Below are positions 61,260 through 64,000 of a stretch of 64,000 nucleotides of DNA, piece after piece. The position numbers and the translations under genes are program-made. This DNA comes from Octopus sinensis. Its lineage: Eukaryota. Below the pieces are notes generated by a model that made no database searches, was not told the origin of the DNA, and saw only the letters and a list, made by a program, of their open reading frames with translations. The stretch spans positions 51,336,001-51,400,000 of the forward strand of contig NC_043004.1 of assembly GCF_006345805.1 (NCBI RefSeq), given 5' to 3'. Each line of letters opens with the position of its first letter. Position 1 is the first letter of the stretch.

Positions 61260-62335
61260 TAATATTAGGAAGTATAACTCCAAACTTACAGGGGAAAATT
61301 CAATTTAGTATTAAATCAAATTTCACAATATAAATATATAAAATATAAATTAGAGAAAAGAAACACTATTATGCAATTCAAACAATGATAATAATAAACC
61401 AAATCATAAATAAAAAATAAAATATTTTTTCTAAAACATATAGCTAGATCACAAAAAGTATAAAATTGAATAATCAATATATAAAAAAAAACTAGTACGT
61501 TTCGTGGCTGTAATTAAATTCGAATTACAATTAAATTTAAATTTAATCGAAAATCAATTCAAATTAAAATTATAGTCACTCTTCAGGTTAACAATAATAG
61601 TTAAATAAATAAGCAAATAGAGTTAAACAATATTTATTTTAAAAATAAATAAATAAAATAATGATTTTTCCTTATAGAAGAAACTCCATTAACTAAATTT
61701 GAAACTTAAAACATTAGGATCAGTTTCCTACAACACATTTATTATGTTAAATATTTAAGGTAAAAAAAAATAGAGTAAATAGATAGAAAAATGTATTTAT
61801 CTGTGAAGATATAATTTAGCTTAGTAAAAAAAACATTAATAAACTATAGAATATATTTCACCTAGTTATACTCTAATATTAAATTACCAAACTATTTTAC
61901 AAAACAATCACTCCTGATATTTTTAGATTTAGTTCGCATATAATAATTATAAAATAATAAATACATAAAACTAAGTATCTAGATTATAATCAACAAATAT
62001 AGTAATTAAAAATCTATGTTTTTCTATCAATAAACATATAAACACTAAATAAATTAGTCGATTATTACTTACATAAATATAGATATCTTTCGAAAATATT
62101 TATGAAATACAAAATACGAACTGAAAAATTCCAAAGTAAAAAATATAACCTATCTTTATAAAATACTTATTATTATTATTAAGAGTAATAGTACTAGAAA
62201 TATAATATGACTAGAAATATAATAAGAAACTTATAGTTAAATTAAAACATTTTACGATCTAGATCCCAAAGTGACTAATTAATATCTTAAAATTTACGTT
62301 CAGATATAATAATTATAAACTAATAATAATTAAAT
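61260..62335 (-). mobile_element. Very AT-rich Penelope-like remnant
   Basis: CTGAAGA-GTG...CAC-GAAACGTA hammerhead-like core at ~61495-61590 with an AT-rich loop; coding similarity is only suggestive. Confidence 0.35.
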
Positions 62336-62365
62336 AAATGTACATATCTAAATTATCATTAACAA

Positions 62366-62416
<51 letters not shown>

Positions 62417-62748
62417 ACAAATAAAATATATATATGTGAAGTATATTTGCCACTTAAATGTGGCTAACCACTAAGGGTGGATGCTATTGTAGCTTGTAGC
62501 CCCAGGAGAACATCTTCTCCAGCTGGCTATTGACACACTTTCTGTTCCCTATCAGTATTTGCAAAGGGAAGCAATCCTTCCCATCATCGACCTCACGTGA
62601 TACGTACGGACCCGGGTTTCTGGGTATTTACCCGTCTCAGGGCTCGACAATCACCTGTCTTCGATGCGAAGGGGTCCCAATGCAAATACATATATCCTTT
62701 TTCGAGTGACGAAAAGTCACTGATCTCGAAAAAGTGTAAACAAGCAAT

Positions 62749-62788
<40 letters not shown>

Positions 62789-62923
62789 CTGTTTATATTT
62801 TTGTACTGTCGTTACTGTCCTGTTTTTTTACCATTTTTTTTACCATTTTTTACCCCTCTGCGAAAAGATCTCAGAATTTTAATTGATTTGCTTTTCGCAG
62901 GAAGGAAAGTTTCTTGTCGAAGA

Positions 62924-62985
62924 TACGTCTCGCTTTTATCCTTCGAAACGTACAGTAGATGAAACCTTAGCGACTGAAGAAGGGG
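62924..62985 (+). ncRNA. Permuted hammerhead core (copy P3)
   Basis: TACGT-C-TCGCT ... CCTTC-GAAA-CGTA ... AGCGA-CTGAAGA-AGGGG: stem III ACGTA/TACGT, stem I TCGCT/AGCGA, canonical GUC site. Confidence 0.6.
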
Positions 62986-63220
62986 TTTTTTCGTTGTGTT
63001 AATTGTCCTGTACTCCATTTTTTGTTGTTTTTAAAAAAATGTCCAGTTCCTTTGGTTTGTGTCTATGTTTTCGTTTCTCTTTGTGTTCGACGTCCCTTTG
63101 GTGTTCTGTACTCATTTATGCGTGTATATGTACATGTAGAGGTAGGTACGTACATATATGTTTATATATATGCATATGTTTATTTCATTTATTAATATAT
63201 ATATATATACAGATAGATAT

Positions 63221-63223
<3 letters not shown>

Positions 63224-63284
<61 letters not shown>

Positions 63285-63293
63285 GTAGGTAGG

Positions 63294-63384
<91 letters not shown>
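63224..63384 (+). repeat. (GATA)n microsatellite
   Basis: Read directly; another is at ~34483-34545. Confidence 0.95.
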
Positions 63385-63840
63385 CTTACGTGTTTTATGT
63401 TCTTCAAACTGTAGCTACAGACGCTATATTTTTCTTGATTTTAAACAGGTTTTTAAATCTAAGTTGCTGACAAGATGATAAATATTTATTTTTTAATATT
63501 TATTTTACAAATATTGTTCAAATATAATGGATACATATATGCAAAAGAATTATCCAAATAAATCTCTTTATTATATTAAATTACCCAATGGATTTTTAAT
63601 GAAATGAGCTGATTTAAGATGTAAGATAATTTTTACATAATTCACGACGTTTCCATATTGACTTCCTAAGTTACGGTTAATTGTTTCATCGAATATATAT
63701 ATATATAATCGATCTTTCTTGGGTGTGATGTGTGTGCGCATTTCATTGAGTCCAAACTCATCGTTATGCTATCTCGATCCTTGGTTGTTCGAAAGAATAT
63801 TTCATGCTCCATGTACTCGTGCTTCGTACTTTTTTGGTGT

Positions 63841-63918
63841 ACAAGTTTCGTGACGCCCTGTACCCACATATGCATATATATATATTATATATTTATATAT
63901 ATATATATATATATATAT

Positions 63919-63963
<45 letters not shown>

Positions 63964-64000
63964 ATATGCATATGTGGGTACAGGGCGTCACGAAACTTGT
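63841..64000. repeat. Palindrome centred on (TA)n, with Tc1/mariner-like TA|CAGGG ends
   Basis: acaagtttcgtgacgccctgtacccacatatgca is mirrored by tgcatatgtgggtacagggcgtcacgaaacttgt; it runs off the window. Confidence 0.8.

Overview
AT-rich, repeat-dense eukaryotic DNA. It is most likely from an octopus or related cephalopod, inferred from the abundant tRNA-derived SINE families and the microsatellite load. One 100-N scaffold gap lies at 35744-35843. No intact long protein-coding gene is visible, and almost every ORF in the supplied track comes from microsatellites, SINEs or decayed transposons. Well-supported content: one intact tRNA-Ile(AAT) gene, about 35 SINE copies from at least four families, four Dong/R4-type restriction-endonuclease LINE fragments anchored in (TAA)n, RTE and Gypsy remnants, a 5' LTR with a tRNA-Trp primer site, a decayed Tc1/IS630-type transposon, several non-autonomous Helitrons, and several inverted-repeat DNA elements with clear target-site duplications, including a 2.9-kb foldback element with ~1.3-kb arms. 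The most interesting signal is an RNA one. A dispersed repeat (37513-37749 on both strands, and 62924-62985) contains all three strands of a hammerhead ribozyme core in a non-circularly permuted, pseudoknotted order, with compensatory changes in two helices between copies. Conventional minimal and long-loop hammerhead motifs also occur in Penelope-like repeats. A few short candidate host exons are reported at low confidence. All comparisons were done by eye, and repeat boundaries are approximate unless a target-site duplication fixes them.
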